Below, piece by piece: positions 38,181 to 51,442 of a DNA stretch of 64,000 nucleotides. Source of the DNA: Octopus vulgaris (lineage: Eukaryota). The notes under the pieces are model-generated. The model was not told the origin of the DNA. It saw only the letters and a program-made list of their open reading frames with translations, and made no database searches. Both the position numbers and the translations under genes were made by a program. The stretch spans positions 53,568,001 through 53,632,000 of the forward strand of contig OX597826.1 of the NCBI GenBank assembly GCA_951406725.2. The letters are read 5' to 3'. Numbering within the stretch: the first letter of the stretch is position 1; each line of letters opens with the position of its first letter.

Positions 38181-38578
38181 AATCCTTTCTACTATAGGCA
38201 CAAAGCCTGAAATTTATGGAAGGGGGCTAGTCAATTACATTGCCCCCATTGATCCTGGAGGATGAAAGGCAAAGTCAACCTTGGTGGCATCTGAACTTGG
38301 AACATACAGAGCCAGAAGAAATGCTACAAGGCATTTTGACTGGTATGGTTACAATTCAACCAGCTCACTGCCATTAAATGATTTTAAATTTTGGCACAAG
38401 GCCAGTAATTTTGAAGGGAAGAGATAAGTTGATTACATCAACCCCCAACACTTGACTGGTACCTTATTTTATCAACCCTGACATTATGAAAGTCAAAGTT
38501 GACTTCAGTGGCGTTTGAACTCAGAAAGTAAACAGTCAAGAGAAATACCCCACTAAACACTTTGTTTGATGTGCTAGT
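38181..38578 (-). mobile_element. Two adjacent diverged SINE-B copies
   Basis: 38181-38374 and 38385-38578. Confidence 0.7.
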
Positions 38579-39791
38579 CAACAAAACATGTCCCTTTTCA
38601 ACATAACAATGAAAAGTTCTTCATTTGCATATAGGGATAACTGTTGAAAACTCCTTCAATTTATGCCGATGTCTCTAAATTCATCTCTTTTGCAGTGACA
38701 TTCTTTTGATTAGGAACTATATTTAGGCTACTTACTGCATCCATAACTACAACTACAGAACATATAACCTTTCTCTATTTCTATCACCATCACTCCGGTC
38801 ATGACTGCTATGATGATTACCATCATCACCGCTTCAGCTTTCACCTCTATCCACCATGAACACCAGGTAATTACTATTGCCATCAGACTATAGTTTTATA
38901 TTAAATAAGATTTCTCTAATCAATAACTGGATCTCTTTTCAAGTTGAATCAAAAATATGAAAAGTGATAATGTAATTTATATTATAACAGCTTATGAATG
39001 TCCCAGCTTCTAGACAATAAAGCTTATATGAGTAATATCAATATATAATATGGCAAAATACTTATTAAAAATAGTCACTTTAACCAACAGAAGTAGCTTG
39101 GATACAAGATGTAGTTAGAAGTAATGAGAGAAGTTCTTGTGTTTCATATTTAAAGTATCAGCTATTTTAGATTGTTATTACGTTCACTTGATTACATTTC
39201 AGATTATATGGAATTCACACTTTCAGACAGTTTCGTTTTCCCTCGATGTAAGATTGGTGTTATTAACGAAATAAAGTGACTGACAGATAATTTTTCATTA
39301 AATATTATGCATGGAAACACTCATAACTTGTTGAGTTGCTAGCATGTGGTCCCATTGTTAACAGGGTCAGTCGACAGTTGTTTCAAATCACTAATACACT
39401 GGTATATTTAGAAATATCTTCTTCATCATCATCATCATCATCACCATCATTTAAGGTCTACTTTTGATACTGGTATAGGTTAGATGGTTTGCAGGAATTG
39501 GCTAGCTACCCAGGTTCCACTTGTCTATTTTGGCATGGTTTCCATGACTGGATGCCCTTCCTAATGCCAACTACTTCACAGAGTGTATTGGGTCCTTTAT
39601 TTGTGGCACTGGCATGGGTGCTTTTACAAAGCGCCGACATAAGTGCTAGATATTTTGGAGATATGCTGATGCAATTAACCAATATAAGCAGCAATGGTGA
39701 ACTATATAATCTATAACTATTGTTGTTGGTCCACAGTGTCAAGTAGATCTTTCATAAGACTGGAGAAGGTGAGAGGTTAACAACTTTAGTA

Positions 39792-40357
39792 TTGGGTTGT
39801 CCAGAAAGTTTGTGCCGATTTTTAAAGGAAAGAAAAAGCTCTATAAATACTTGCCATTACATTTTTAATCAACCAAATATGAACCCTTTTGTTGCACATT
39901 GCGTCTCCATCTTTCCTTTAACTTGAAAATACCCTCTTCCCAGAATTGAGGTGGTTTCATGGCAAAGAATTCATCAAGGTATCTTTTTACATCATCCAAA
40001 AAATTGAAATTTTTACCATTAAGACTATTCTGCAGAGATCTGAATAAGTGGAAACCCAAAGGAGCAATATCTGGTGAATATGGAGGGTGGGGTAACACAT
40101 CCCAGCCGAGCTGCAGCAATTTTTGTCTGGTTCCCAAAGCATGAAGTGCCAAAAATTAGCTTTCTTATCTTCCATTTTAAAGGGTTACAGAATGAACACA
40201 GGTTACAGGAACATAAACCTTCTTCCATGAAAAGATAGCTTAAACTGTGCTCTAAATGGAGGTGTAGTCAAATCCTATTTTATGGACTCACCCATCTTCT
40301 AAAATAAGTCGAAAGGTAAGCTACTATAAATCGGCACGAACTTTCAGGACAACCCAA
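39792..40357 (-). mobile_element. Internally deleted mariner with both TIRs
   Basis: ta|ttgggttgtccagaaagtttgtgccgattt ... aaatcggcacgaactttcaggacaacccaa|ta. N-terminus MEDKKANFWHFML is joined to C-terminus LGWDVLPHPPYSPDIAP...WEEGIFKLKERW. Confidence 0.93.
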
Positions 40358-40397
40358 TATATTTCTCCTTGAGTTAGTATACAAATAATTACATTAA

Positions 40398-40584
40398 CCC
40401 TTTTATTACCATAGTTTTGTAAAAATATGCTGCCTTTGTCTCAAATAATGAAGAATTTATTAAACTAGCTTTGTCATTATTAAGCTGGTGTTTGGAACGT
40501 AAAATCATCCATCAAAATTTCATCTTAATTTAGATCACTTTAAGACAAAAAGTTTATATAATGGATGGGTTGGTATCAAAGGGG
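40398..40584. mobile_element. piggyBac-like MITE, diverged relative of 59733-59953
   Basis: ttaa|cccttttattacc ... ggtatcaaagggg|ttaa. Confidence 0.75.
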
Positions 40585-40819
40585 TTAAGATATGAGTGAT
40601 AGTAATTTGAGTCACTTACAAACTGGAATATCTTTGTATATCTTATCATGTTCTTACATTGTCAAACTAGTCTTTCATTCCTTTGGGGTTTGTAAAATAA
40701 GTACCAAATTTTCTACTGAGGATGAAAGCAGGGATCAGTGCAGCTCCCATCTTTTGAGATTTAGGTGTAATGTGACTGTTCAGCTTTGACCATATTTCAT
40801 AATAATTTAACACACTCAC

Positions 40820-40955
40820 TGTAGAATCCAGCTGTAGAAACACTGCCAGATCAGACTGGAGCCTGGTGCAGCCTTCTGGTTTCCCAGATCCCCGGTTGAA
40901 CCGTCCAACCCATGCTAGCATGGAGTACGGATGTTAAACGATGATGATGATGATG
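40820..40955 (+). mobile_element. SINE-D 3' module
   Basis: Matches 17552-17695; (gat)n tail. Confidence 0.8.
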
Positions 40956-41016
40956 ACTGGTTCAATTTCCACGGTTCATTTTATTTATTTATTTGATAAA
41001 ACTTTGTCGTTGCTGC

Positions 41017-41060
41017 ATTTGTGACTGTATCAATGGATATCCATTGATACAGTCACAAAT
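41017..41060. repeat. Perfect 44-bp palindrome within a larger imperfect inverted repeat
   Basis: atttgtgactgtatcaatggat|atccattgatacagtcacaaat. Confidence 0.95.
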
Positions 41061-41774
41061 ACAGTGATTACAAAGCTTTCAGGAATAAATAAATTAATAA
41101 ATGAGTGGAAACTGAACTGATGAGTGTGTTATATTAAGGCACTATAACTCTGTCCAGACACAACAAAGTTTATTTCAACACACAGATTCACATAAAGAAT
41201 CTCGCAAATCAGATACAAAAATGAAGTATAATGATTTAATTAAAGCGAAAAGAATAGATTATGAAAATAGAGAGGGTAACAAAGTTTTAGCTTCATCAAT
41301 GGAAAATAAATCTAAATCTAAATATATAATGAATGGTTTTGTCAATATTACAGGAAAGAGGAGTTTATGTCAATTTGAACTCCAAAACTATTTGTCTAGA
41401 AGGATAACTTCTCATCAACAAAAGACATTTACCAAACATTTAAGTTGAAATTGAACCATGCTCCACTGATTCATTTACTAAACATCAGATAAATGCATGA
41501 CTGGTCTTGATCAAGCAGTGCACACTGTTTCACATTCTTTTCAGCTTAACATGTAAAAAGGAAGAAAATATTTCACCGATGAGATATTTGGCTTCTTATA
41601 ATTAAATAATCAGAATAATAAATGTCAGTTGATCAAAAAAATGTTAACGATAAAAGAATGAAAAAGAAATAAATCCTAATGTAAATTCTATGTAAATCAT
41701 TTTCTTTTTGATTTTATATTCAGTGTCTTATTCAGCTACATTTCACTATTTACCAATTATCCACTGCAGTATAT

Positions 41775-42098
41775 GGCACTCCGTCAGTTATGACAACGAG
41801 GGTTCCAGTTGATCCGATCTATGGTTCGGCCTGCTTGTGAAATTAATGTGCATGTGGCTGAGCACTCTACAGACACATGTACCCCTAATGTAGTTCTTAG
41901 GGAGATTCAGTGTGACATAGAGTGTGACAAGGCTGGCCTTTTTGAAATACAGGTACTACACATTTTTACCAGCTGAGTAGACTGGAGCAACGTGAAATAA
42001 AGAGTCTTGCTCAAAAAGCACAACACGTCACCAGGAACTGAATTCACAACCTTGCAATTGTGAGCCAAATTCCCTAACCACAAAGTCCCACACCTTCA
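41775..42098 (-). mobile_element. SINE-E
   Basis: Reverse complement of 30635-30960. TSD-like cactgc(c)agtatat. Confidence 0.85.
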
Positions 42099-42126
42099 CA
42101 CTGCCAGTATATACCCAGTATGCATA

Positions 42127-42343
42127 CGAGGGAACGCTGAAAAGTTCCTGGCTTTGGGTAAAAGAAAATACAGGAGGATCAGTTAATCATGATTTTGTTC
42201 AGCATATTCCCCTCTCAGATTCATATACTTATTGCAGCAATCCTTCAGTTTTTCTAAGCCCTGTAAAAGAACTCAGAAGGTTGGGCCTCCAACCAGGTAT
42301 TTCACAATACCCTTAAAACCAGGAACTTTTCAGCACCCACTCA
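42127..42343. mobile_element. mariner-type MITE
   Basis: ta|cgagggaacgctgaaaagttcctggcttt ... aaaccaggaacttttcagcacccactc. Confidence 0.75.
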
Positions 42344-42547
42344 AGGTACAGCTAGAAATCACTTGCAGGCAAATATGATTGAGTAACATGAACCATCCAC
42401 CACAAAGTCTTGTCCTGTTGTGGTGAGGTGGTTTGTATGCCTCAGTGACCTTGAGAGCTTTGTCAGTGGAGTGCAGAAGGGCCTCTCATGATGGAAAGGT
42501 CAAAGGATATAAGCCAGATTAATATAGCCCACCTCCTCCTAGAGCCA

Positions 42548-42882
42548 GTGAAGGTGCATGGTTCAGCAGTTAGAGCATCAGGCTCACAGTCATGAGGTAG
42601 TAAGTTCAGTTTCTGGAACAGGCTGTGTGTTGTGCTCTTGAGCAAGACATTTTACTTCACATTGCTCCAGTTCACTAAGCTGCAGAAATGAGTTGCAATG
42701 TTTCTCGTGCCATGCTGCATTGGCCTTTGCGTTTCCCTTGGACAACATCAGTGGCCTGGAGAGGAGAGGCTGGTATGCATGAGAGACCGTTGGTCTTCCA
42801 TAAACGACTTTGCCTGGCTAGGAGGGGAACTTTTTAGGTGCAATCCCATGGTCATTGGTGACCGAAGGGGGTCTTTACCCTT
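42548..42882 (+). mobile_element. SINE-E head with a third tail type
   Basis: Head and central block match 30635-30776; the 3' half is unrelated. Confidence 0.7.
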
Positions 42883-44649
42883 TATCTTCTTAGAAGTAAA
42901 AATGGGTTTGAATAGGACCAATATCTCTAACTAGAAAATAAGTAATGTTACAGAAGCATCAGTAACAATTCAAAACTAACAAGACCTGGGAGAGGAGAAA
43001 AGCAGAAAAGACATCCCAAAATCGAGAACAGAAGTTATTGATGGCCTAAGTACTGTAGGCAGTGAAGGGCATATGTAATTAACATGACTGATGCTTATGT
43101 TAATTGTTTTAGATGTCTATGTAGTCAAAAACAGTTATAGAAAACCTCTTGGTCCCGCTGCCCCTGATTCAGCAGAACATTCAGGAAGTGGCAATGGAAG
43201 AGAGAGAGGGCTACATCAGCATCTTGATTGATGCTTATTTCAGTTGAGAAGATTTAAGCAATGTGAAATGAAATGCTTTGTTGAAGGTTACAATATACCA
43301 CCTGGCTCAGATATTGAACCCACAGCCTTACAAGACTATGAGTCAAGCACCATAACTATTAGGCCATTCACCTAAAAAACTAGCAAATATACTGGAACAG
43401 TCCCTGCTCGACTACAAGTCAGTATTGATAATATTTTCCCTGGTAAATGTTTGAAATAAAAAAAAGTTAAAATACACACACACAAACACACACGCATGCA
43501 CACATATATGTATGCTAAAACACATACACACACACACAAATTTTATGAAACATTGGTGGAGATAGTTCAAAGATGTTTACCTTCAAAAGAGTTGAAATAT
43601 TTTCTACAAGGAAGGACAACAGATGGATAGCTTGGGAGAACTGTCTAAGACTCAATGTTATCATAACAAACAGAATCGTTCAGGAAAAATCAAAAAAAAA
43701 AAATGACAATTTTCATTTACAAAGGAAATTTTATAATTTGTACCAATTGGATACCAATATGTTCCAAGTACAAAATGTAATATCAAAGTAAGATATATAG
43801 CAAAGGAATATTTGTATATTAGATGTAGTGTCAGTATGTTTAGTATAAAGTAAGTAATATAAATATGTTTAGTGAATGATACACGATATTAGAATATTTG
43901 GTGTCATTGATATGATACTAGTAATACAAAATGAAAGGCAATAGAATAAAAAAATAAATACAAAATGTTTGGTTGCCAAAAATCCTAAGTTATATCAAAG
44001 AATGCATTCTACAAGATACCAAAAAAAAAAAAAAGAAAGAAAACAACAACCAAAGTTAAAGTTACTTAAGTTGGAAAGAAAGCCTTGCAAGAAATACCAT
44101 TCTTTAAGCAAAAATTTCCAGCTAAAGGTTTGTTTAATTAATTAAAAAGAATTTTTTTTAAATCCAAGAGAACCAATTCAAAAGGTAGCAAGTACCTGTG
44201 TACGGTGCAAAAAAAAAAAAAAATGAACAACGAAAAAAAACATTGCACTAAACGAAAACTGACAAAAAAAAAAAAGAGAGAATGTTTCAGTAGAAAAAGG
44301 GGGGTACCTGTAAAAGCGTAGAGTTACTTCCCCAGCACTGAAAGAAACGAAACATTTGCATGCCATCAATGACATTCTTTTTTATAAGAAACAGAGATTT
44401 TATGAGGACATCTTTTTTTTCTTTTTTTTAAAATTTATTATCAAAACGTCTCAACTATTGTCACAATAAGGAAAAAAACTTTATGTATGCAACCATCTAG
44501 AAGGAAGAAAGATGATGTAAAGTGACATAGTTCTTTAAATAATGAACATGAAATAATTAGAGAATATCATTTGCTAATAACATGAAGGAATAGAAAATAT
44601 CTTTAATTGAAGTGCTTCAGAAAGGATATTAAAACTATTTTTAAACACA

Positions 44650-44945
<296 letters not shown>

Positions 44946-45767
44946 AAATTACAAAGAGAAGTTATTTAAAGAATATGGAGAAAGAAATGTGTGTGTGTGT
45001 GTAAAAGAGGCAATATAAAAGATATATGTTATTAAATAGTAAGACTGAGTTGAAAGGAAAACAAAATTAATGTCAGGAAAAGTACTGAAAAACAGAAAAA
45101 ATTGCTGGTGTATCAAATATTCTATTTACAGTGATACACACAAAGAATACATTCACTCAACTCTATATACACACACACATGTATATATGTATGTAACCTT
45201 AAGAAGTAAATGTATAAACAGGGCAAATTTAGTTATTTCTCATAGATTGAGAAAAATGATGAACAACCTTAACTGATTTTCAAGCCTTATTGAACTCTCA
45301 TCAGAGGTGTTGACATCATTCTGACCAATCATAGTGAAATTAACAGCCAATCTGTTTATATACTCAACAAATCCAGTAGCTACAGAAAACTGGTATTCCT
45401 AATTTGCATAGGTGTTTGACATTTTATCGATACACATGTGTAACAGCTGGTCAAATTAGTAAAAAAAGCTGCAGAAGAAAAAAGTAACATATTTTGTCTT
45501 TGTTTCTGTAATTATTTTGTTTCTTAAAATTTCCAGTCACAATATTTGTATAATTAGGTCAATATTCAATAGAATAAAAAAGAAATAAAGCTTAGCTGTC
45601 GCTTGTAAGAAAGTATGGCCTGGTAGCTTGTATAACATTTTTGTTAAGTGTTTGTGATGCATCCAATTGTAGACAGACAGACAGACAGATGCTTTTTTGG
45701 CCCTGCAACCATTTGAACCAGCAAAATATCCAGAATGTGATAGATAGTGAAAGATAGATAGACAGAC

Positions 45768-45836
<69 letters not shown>

Positions 45837-46214
45837 CCAGCATTGGGGTGGTACTTATTTACAGCAGAGCAGACCAGAATAAAATGAAATTGTGTCATTT
45901 GCTCAAGAACATAATGTCCTACCTGCTCAGGAATTGAAACCCCTGATCTCATGATTATGAATCCAACACCCTAAACACCAGGCCACTTAGGCAAAAAAAA
46001 AAATGCATATACATCTCTCCCTTCAAACTAATCATTTGGTGTTTTGACATCTTTTTTTATTATTCGTGATGAACCAGAAGATATTTTGATATATTTTTTG
46101 CAGTCATGTTAAAAAAAAAAAAGGAAAAAAATGAATAATAATATTAATAATAAAGGTAGCAGTAGATCAATGACAATATTATCATCATAGAAAATAGTTA
46201 CTTGTTGTACTTAC

Positions 46215-46256
46215 TGCAATTCTTACTTCTTCCTGTAGCACTGTATCACTGACAAC
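46215..46256 (-). CDS. PDE2A: PDE2A-like exon: VVSDTVLQEEVRIA, 42 nt
   Basis: Acceptor gtctttaactttattag, donor gtaagt, phase 0-0. Aligns with VIGDKVLGEEVSFP. Confidence 0.85.
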
Positions 46257-46600
46257 CTAATAAAGTTAAAGACAAACTTATTATTTCATTTGAACAGGGA
46301 ATAAAAGTAAATTGAACAAGCACTAGAATATTAATGATGTTTTTACAGATTCTTGGACAGATAAGAAAGTAAAGAAACCTACAATGCGATACATACTCTT
46401 AGAATGCAAAGAACAAAAGCAAATATCACAAAAGAGATTTAGTTCTACCATTCCTGTCAAATTCCTCATCTTTTGCCTGTTTTTATTTATCTGAGTTAAA
46501 ATTCAGGGTCTATAAAATAAGTACCACTTGAGCACTGGGATCAATCTAATCAACTTAACCCCTGACCTGAATTTGCTGGCCTTTTGCCAAACTTTGAAAC

Positions 46601-46636
<36 letters not shown>

Positions 46637-46650
46637 CATCATCATCATCA

Positions 46651-47196
46651 TTGAGTGAGAGAGCAGTGCATGCTACCAAAGTGACACTGGGGTAAAAATA
46701 TACGAAGCCCAGTATACCCATAATGACTACCCACCTGTTAAGGGTACACCAGGCATATGCATCACAACCATACGTGCATGACATAGTGTTTATTATCTCA
46801 AGATAAACAGCCCATGACCTTGCAGGTGGGGGCCCAGTTAGAATTTTCTTCAGGTCGAGTAGCCCATCCCGCTCAAAAGGTCCCTGAATAAAGGTTGTTT
46901 AAGGATGATGAATGAAACACCCATGTTTTGAAAGGTGAATTATCCAAACCCCAAAGAATTTTTCTCAACACATGGCTATGGTGCTTCCCCACTACTTCTG
47001 CTTATGATCAGAGATGCATATATCATCAGCCACTAAGGGACATGCTCAACTGGTCAAACAACTGACAAGCAAATCTGTGGTACTGAGCAGAATATTTGCT
47101 GTAGCCCATCTTTTATACCAAGACAAAACAATGTACATGATAACACTTCCAATTAGTTATGAACAGAAGCCATGAGAGCCACTGTCTTGTACTACA
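46651..47196. mobile_element. Unclassified ~550-bp insert between (ATT)n tracts
   Basis: More GC-rich than its flanks, bounded by (att/cat)n on both sides. No TIR or convincing ORF. Confidence 0.5.
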
Positions 47197-47208
47197 TTAT
47201 TATTATTA

Positions 47209-47247
<39 letters not shown>

Positions 47248-47248
<1 letters not shown>

Positions 47249-47690
47249 GAGCTGGAAGAATTGTTAGCACACTAGGTAAAATTCTTAGCGGCTGTTTATC
47301 TGTCTTTACATTCTGAGTACAAACACCACCATGGTTGACTTTGCATTTCATCCTTTTGGGGTTGATAAAATAAGTACCAGTTGAGCACTGGGGTTGATAT
47401 AATCGACTTGTTCCTTCATCCAAAATTGCTGGCCTTGTGTCAAAATTTGAAACCATTATTATTATTATCATTATTAAGGCGGTGAGCTAGCAGAATTGTT
47501 AACATGATGGACAAATTGCTTAGCAGCTTTTAATCTGTCTTTACATTCTGAATTCAAATTTCACTGAAGTTGACTTTGCCTTTCATTTCTTTGGGGTTGA
47601 TAAGTACCAGTCATGGACTGGGGGGGATCACTGTAATTAACTAGCCCCCTCCTCCAAAATTTCAGGTCTTGTGCTTGTAGTAGAAAGGAT
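47248..47690 (+). mobile_element. Two SINE-B (tail 2) copies embedded in (ATT)n
   Basis: 47248-47455 and 47478-47690; a partial copy also lies at 46502-46601. Confidence 0.8.
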
Positions 47691-47709
47691 TATTATTATC
47701 ATAATTATT

Positions 47710-48008
47710 ATTTTTGATTTGACTCAGGTTCAGTCTTATTCCTGGTAGGATTTATGGGGTAGTGGGTTACTACCTGTAATCTTAGGTATCCACAAGCTTT
47801 CAAGTCCTTAGAACCCTCCTCAAAAATCTTTCCTATCCCTAACAGGCAAACTTTCTGTAGAAGCTGTACAGGACATTCTATTCCAATTTCCTTCAACCAT
47901 TTGTCTATATTTCTGCTTACAGTTCCCAATGTACCAATCATTATAGGCACAACCATTACACTTTTCATATTCCAAATTCTTGCAAAAACCAATTTCAGAG
48001 GATTGTAC
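47710..48008 (-). mobile_element. R4/Dong-like LINE 3' end
   Basis: KYNPLK...RIWNMKSVMVVPIMIGTLGTV...WLKEIGI...LLQKVCLLG; ends in (TAA)n on the minus strand. Confidence 0.8.
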
Positions 48009-48217
48009 TTTATTTTGTCTTTTTATCTTCTTTCTTTACAATCCTAGAATCAAATCGACACATACATATATATGTATATATGTAAGTGCATATATAAATA
48101 TATACACACATACATATATACATACACATAACTGATGAAGTGTTACTTGTCTTCTTGTCTTGTTTTCCATTTGTTCCTTTCATTGTTCGCAAAAAAAGTC
48201 TGTATTCCTTGATTCCG

Positions 48218-48266
<49 letters not shown>

Positions 48267-48285
48267 CAACAAATATATATATATA

Positions 48286-48780
48286 TATAATATCAACAAT
48301 TACCCTCAATTGTTGATATTATAATTCATTTCCCTCTGTCATATTGCCTCGGTTCTCACCGTTAAAATATAATGTTTGCTAGATAACCCACGTGGGTGGA
48401 AGGGGAGAGCAGGGAATCTTCGCTTGCACATTTTGAATTTGTTAGTGCTGGCAGTCTGAACGGGTCATCTGAGGTGATAAGTCGCCAAAGGGTATGTTCT
48501 TTCTTTTTAGTACTTCCAAATCCAGAATAAGAAATGTTGAGCTGACGAAAGAAATGCTGAGTTTATTTGGCTAATCTAGAAACGTTGACGTTCTCAAATA
48601 ATCTTTGTACTTGTGATATTTTTCTGTTTTTACCTCCATACCTTCGTGAGTTATTTTGAGTAAACATTATCTGAGAGAAATTTTCTTTAAGTAGTGGAAA
48701 TGGCTAAAAAAACTTTTTTGCTGCTATTTCTCGAAAGTTCAGTATGTGGCAAAGTAATTTATTTTACTAAGCCCTAATTA
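48286..48780 (+). mobile_element. Penelope-like fragment in (TA)n with a terminal inverted segment
   Basis: Flanked by (TA)n. 16-bp hairpin tataatatcaacaatt/aattgttgatattata at the left end; contains a hammerhead motif. Confidence 0.55.
48537..48597 (+). ncRNA. Type-I hammerhead-ribozyme-like motif
   Basis: Stem I TTGAG/CTCAA, canonical CTGACGA, imperfect stem II, GAAA, stem III ACG-ttga-CGT, GTT triplet. Confidence 0.6.
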
Positions 48781-51442
48781 TATATATATATATATACATA
48801 CAGATGATAGGCTTCTTCCAGTTTCTGTCTTCTAAATCCACTCACAAGGCTTTCGGTCAGCCTGAGGCTATAGTAGAAAACTTGCCCAAGGTGTCATGCA
48901 CTGGGACTGAACCTAGAACGATGTACTTGGGAAGCAAGTTTCACACACACACACACACACACTCACATACGTGTGTGCATAGTCTGATAAATTGTCTATA
49001 CTGCTAAATGCTTTATAGGTGCGAATGGTCACTCTAGACTGGCCATGACTTTTAACTTACTAAAAAGTATGTGTTTGTATGTATGTTTGTACATATGTAT
49101 GTGAGTATGTATGTATATCCACATGTATATATGTGAATATATATACGTTATACACACATATATATACATGTATACCTGTGTGTATCTATTTTGCTATATA
49201 TATGTGTATACGTATGTACACTCGCACACACATACACCCAAACAAATTAATATGAAGCTGTAGACCAATGCTGTCCCCAGTCAAATCATTGATACAACAT
49301 CCAATAAAAGAAAACCACACATGAAGTGTATTAGATGAACCAAATACACAATGGCTATGAAATAGATAAACCCATCGTGAAAAATCTCAAACAAGAGAAA
49401 TCGTTACATAAATTAACACTACTAATGTACTACAAAAGCACAACAATTGAAAATATCCTTGTTAACAGGCTACAAGCTTGTAAGATACAGAATAAGGCAG
49501 ATGATCAATGTAATATGAAATAGTGAAAGTCGTAAACTTCATGTTACATTGGACACTCTGACATAACACTTGGTTGTTAACTGACTATGCATTTACAATA
49601 AGAAACAACTGGAAGATATTAAATTCATCATCATTGTTTTAAAATACACTTTTCTATGCTTGTATGAGTCAAATGGAATTCCTTGAAGCAGACTTTGTAT
49701 GGCTGGATACCCTTCCTGTAGCTACCCTGCATTTGTTTCCAAGCAAGATAATGTTTCTCCATGCCGGGATATGTTTTCACAGAAGACAGGAAACAAGGGA
49801 CTCTGCTTGTATGATGATGGTATCAAGACAAAGGGGCACAAACACACACACACATGCATACGGTGCCATAGTAGAAGGCACTTTCCTAAGATGCCATGTA
49901 GCAGGACTGAACTCCAAACTACATAGTTAGAAGCAAGTTTCTTAACTGCACAGCCACCGAATAATAGCAGTAAAACATAGGTTGGTAACAAAATTACTTA
50001 CATACCATTCCCTAAAACTTATATTAGTCACTGAAACTACATTAACACAGACACATGAGAAACATCCTCAGAGATACATAAACAACAGTAGCAAACTAAG
50101 ACCCATTCATGAGTGTTGTAAGAAACTTTGATATCAATGGTAAAAATATTTCAAATTTGGACATAGCAACCTCGTCATTAACAGGACATCATTACAGCAT
50201 TGCTATGATGTTTGCCAACTGTAAACAAATGACTTCATCAAGAACAAGGATGGGGGAAACCTGTTTAGAACAGTAGTGAATACTTCGTTTTGTTAAAATG
50301 ATAGTACCCCTGTGAATTCAATGTAGATTCATAAACTGGCAGTCTGCGTTTGTCAACAAGTATCTCACACCAGACAGCTTGTCACAGCTACATTGATTTA
50401 TTGATTAGGAGAAAATGTAAATAAAGCAATTGTTTAATGTTATCCTCTTGCAGTTTTGTTTGTCATGGACTGAATTTATAATTCTCTACACAACTGAGGG
50501 TGAAATTGCAAGTGCATAAGAACCTGTGAGGGTGCAGCTGTGCTTACCGAAATAATAAATCTTTAATTTTGTAAATTCAAAAGTATGCATATGATCACAC
50601 TAAGAAACAATAACTACTATTATAATAGATTAATTACCTAGACAGTTATAATGCTTTGAATACCATAATATGATATAGACCACAGAGTATAATATTTTTA
50701 ATCTAACGAAACTTCTTAATGAGAAGTTTGGTTTATCTTTGCTTTGGAAAGCTTTCAGGTGTTACATTAGGCTAATAATTTAATAATTCTTAATTGGTTT
50801 TCAAGTTAATAAAAGTTAATAACTCAATTCTATGATTTAGTTCTTGCATTATATATATTTAGAATCTAAATTTTATGTTGAGAAAAATTGCTCATGTCAG
50901 TAAGTGGTAGAAAAATATGATCAAATTTTTTTATGTCTGATGCCCCAAAAGTAAAAATTTTTCCAAATTTATTTAGGATTTATTAAATTCCAAAACAGAT
51001 AATCTATATGGGCACACATGGCTGTGTAGTTAAGAAGCTTGCTTATCAATCACATGTTTTCAGGTTCAGTCCCACTGTGCAGCACCTTGGGCAGGTGTCT
51101 CATATTACAGCCCTGGACCAACCGCAATGACTTGTGTTTCAGATTCAGCTCCACAGAACAGCACCTTGGACAAGTGTCTTCAGTACCAAACATTGCACAA
51201 GGGGTTACTTTTGTGAACTTTACAATATGAATTTTGAATATTTGATAAAAATTTTTAAAAAAGGCAAATGAACTGCTAAATGCTAAATACAAAATGTTAA
51301 TTAGATGCCATAATGGTTTGACTATTATCTTATCAACTTGAACATACTCTAAAATATAATGAATATTTCAAGGTGTGAGTATAAGTGTGTGGTGGGTGTA
51401 GGATGGCTGTGTGGTTAAGAAGTTTGCTTGGTAACCACATTG

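Noticed and set aside
48132-48220. CTGATGAAG followed by a pyrimidine-rich tail before (TA)n
   Set aside because: No GAAA or stem II/III; at most a deleted Penelope-like remnant.
49996-50020. Possible 6- or 10-nt microexon ttttag|GGAATG|gtatgtaagt
   Set aside because: No real pyrimidine tract; expected by chance.
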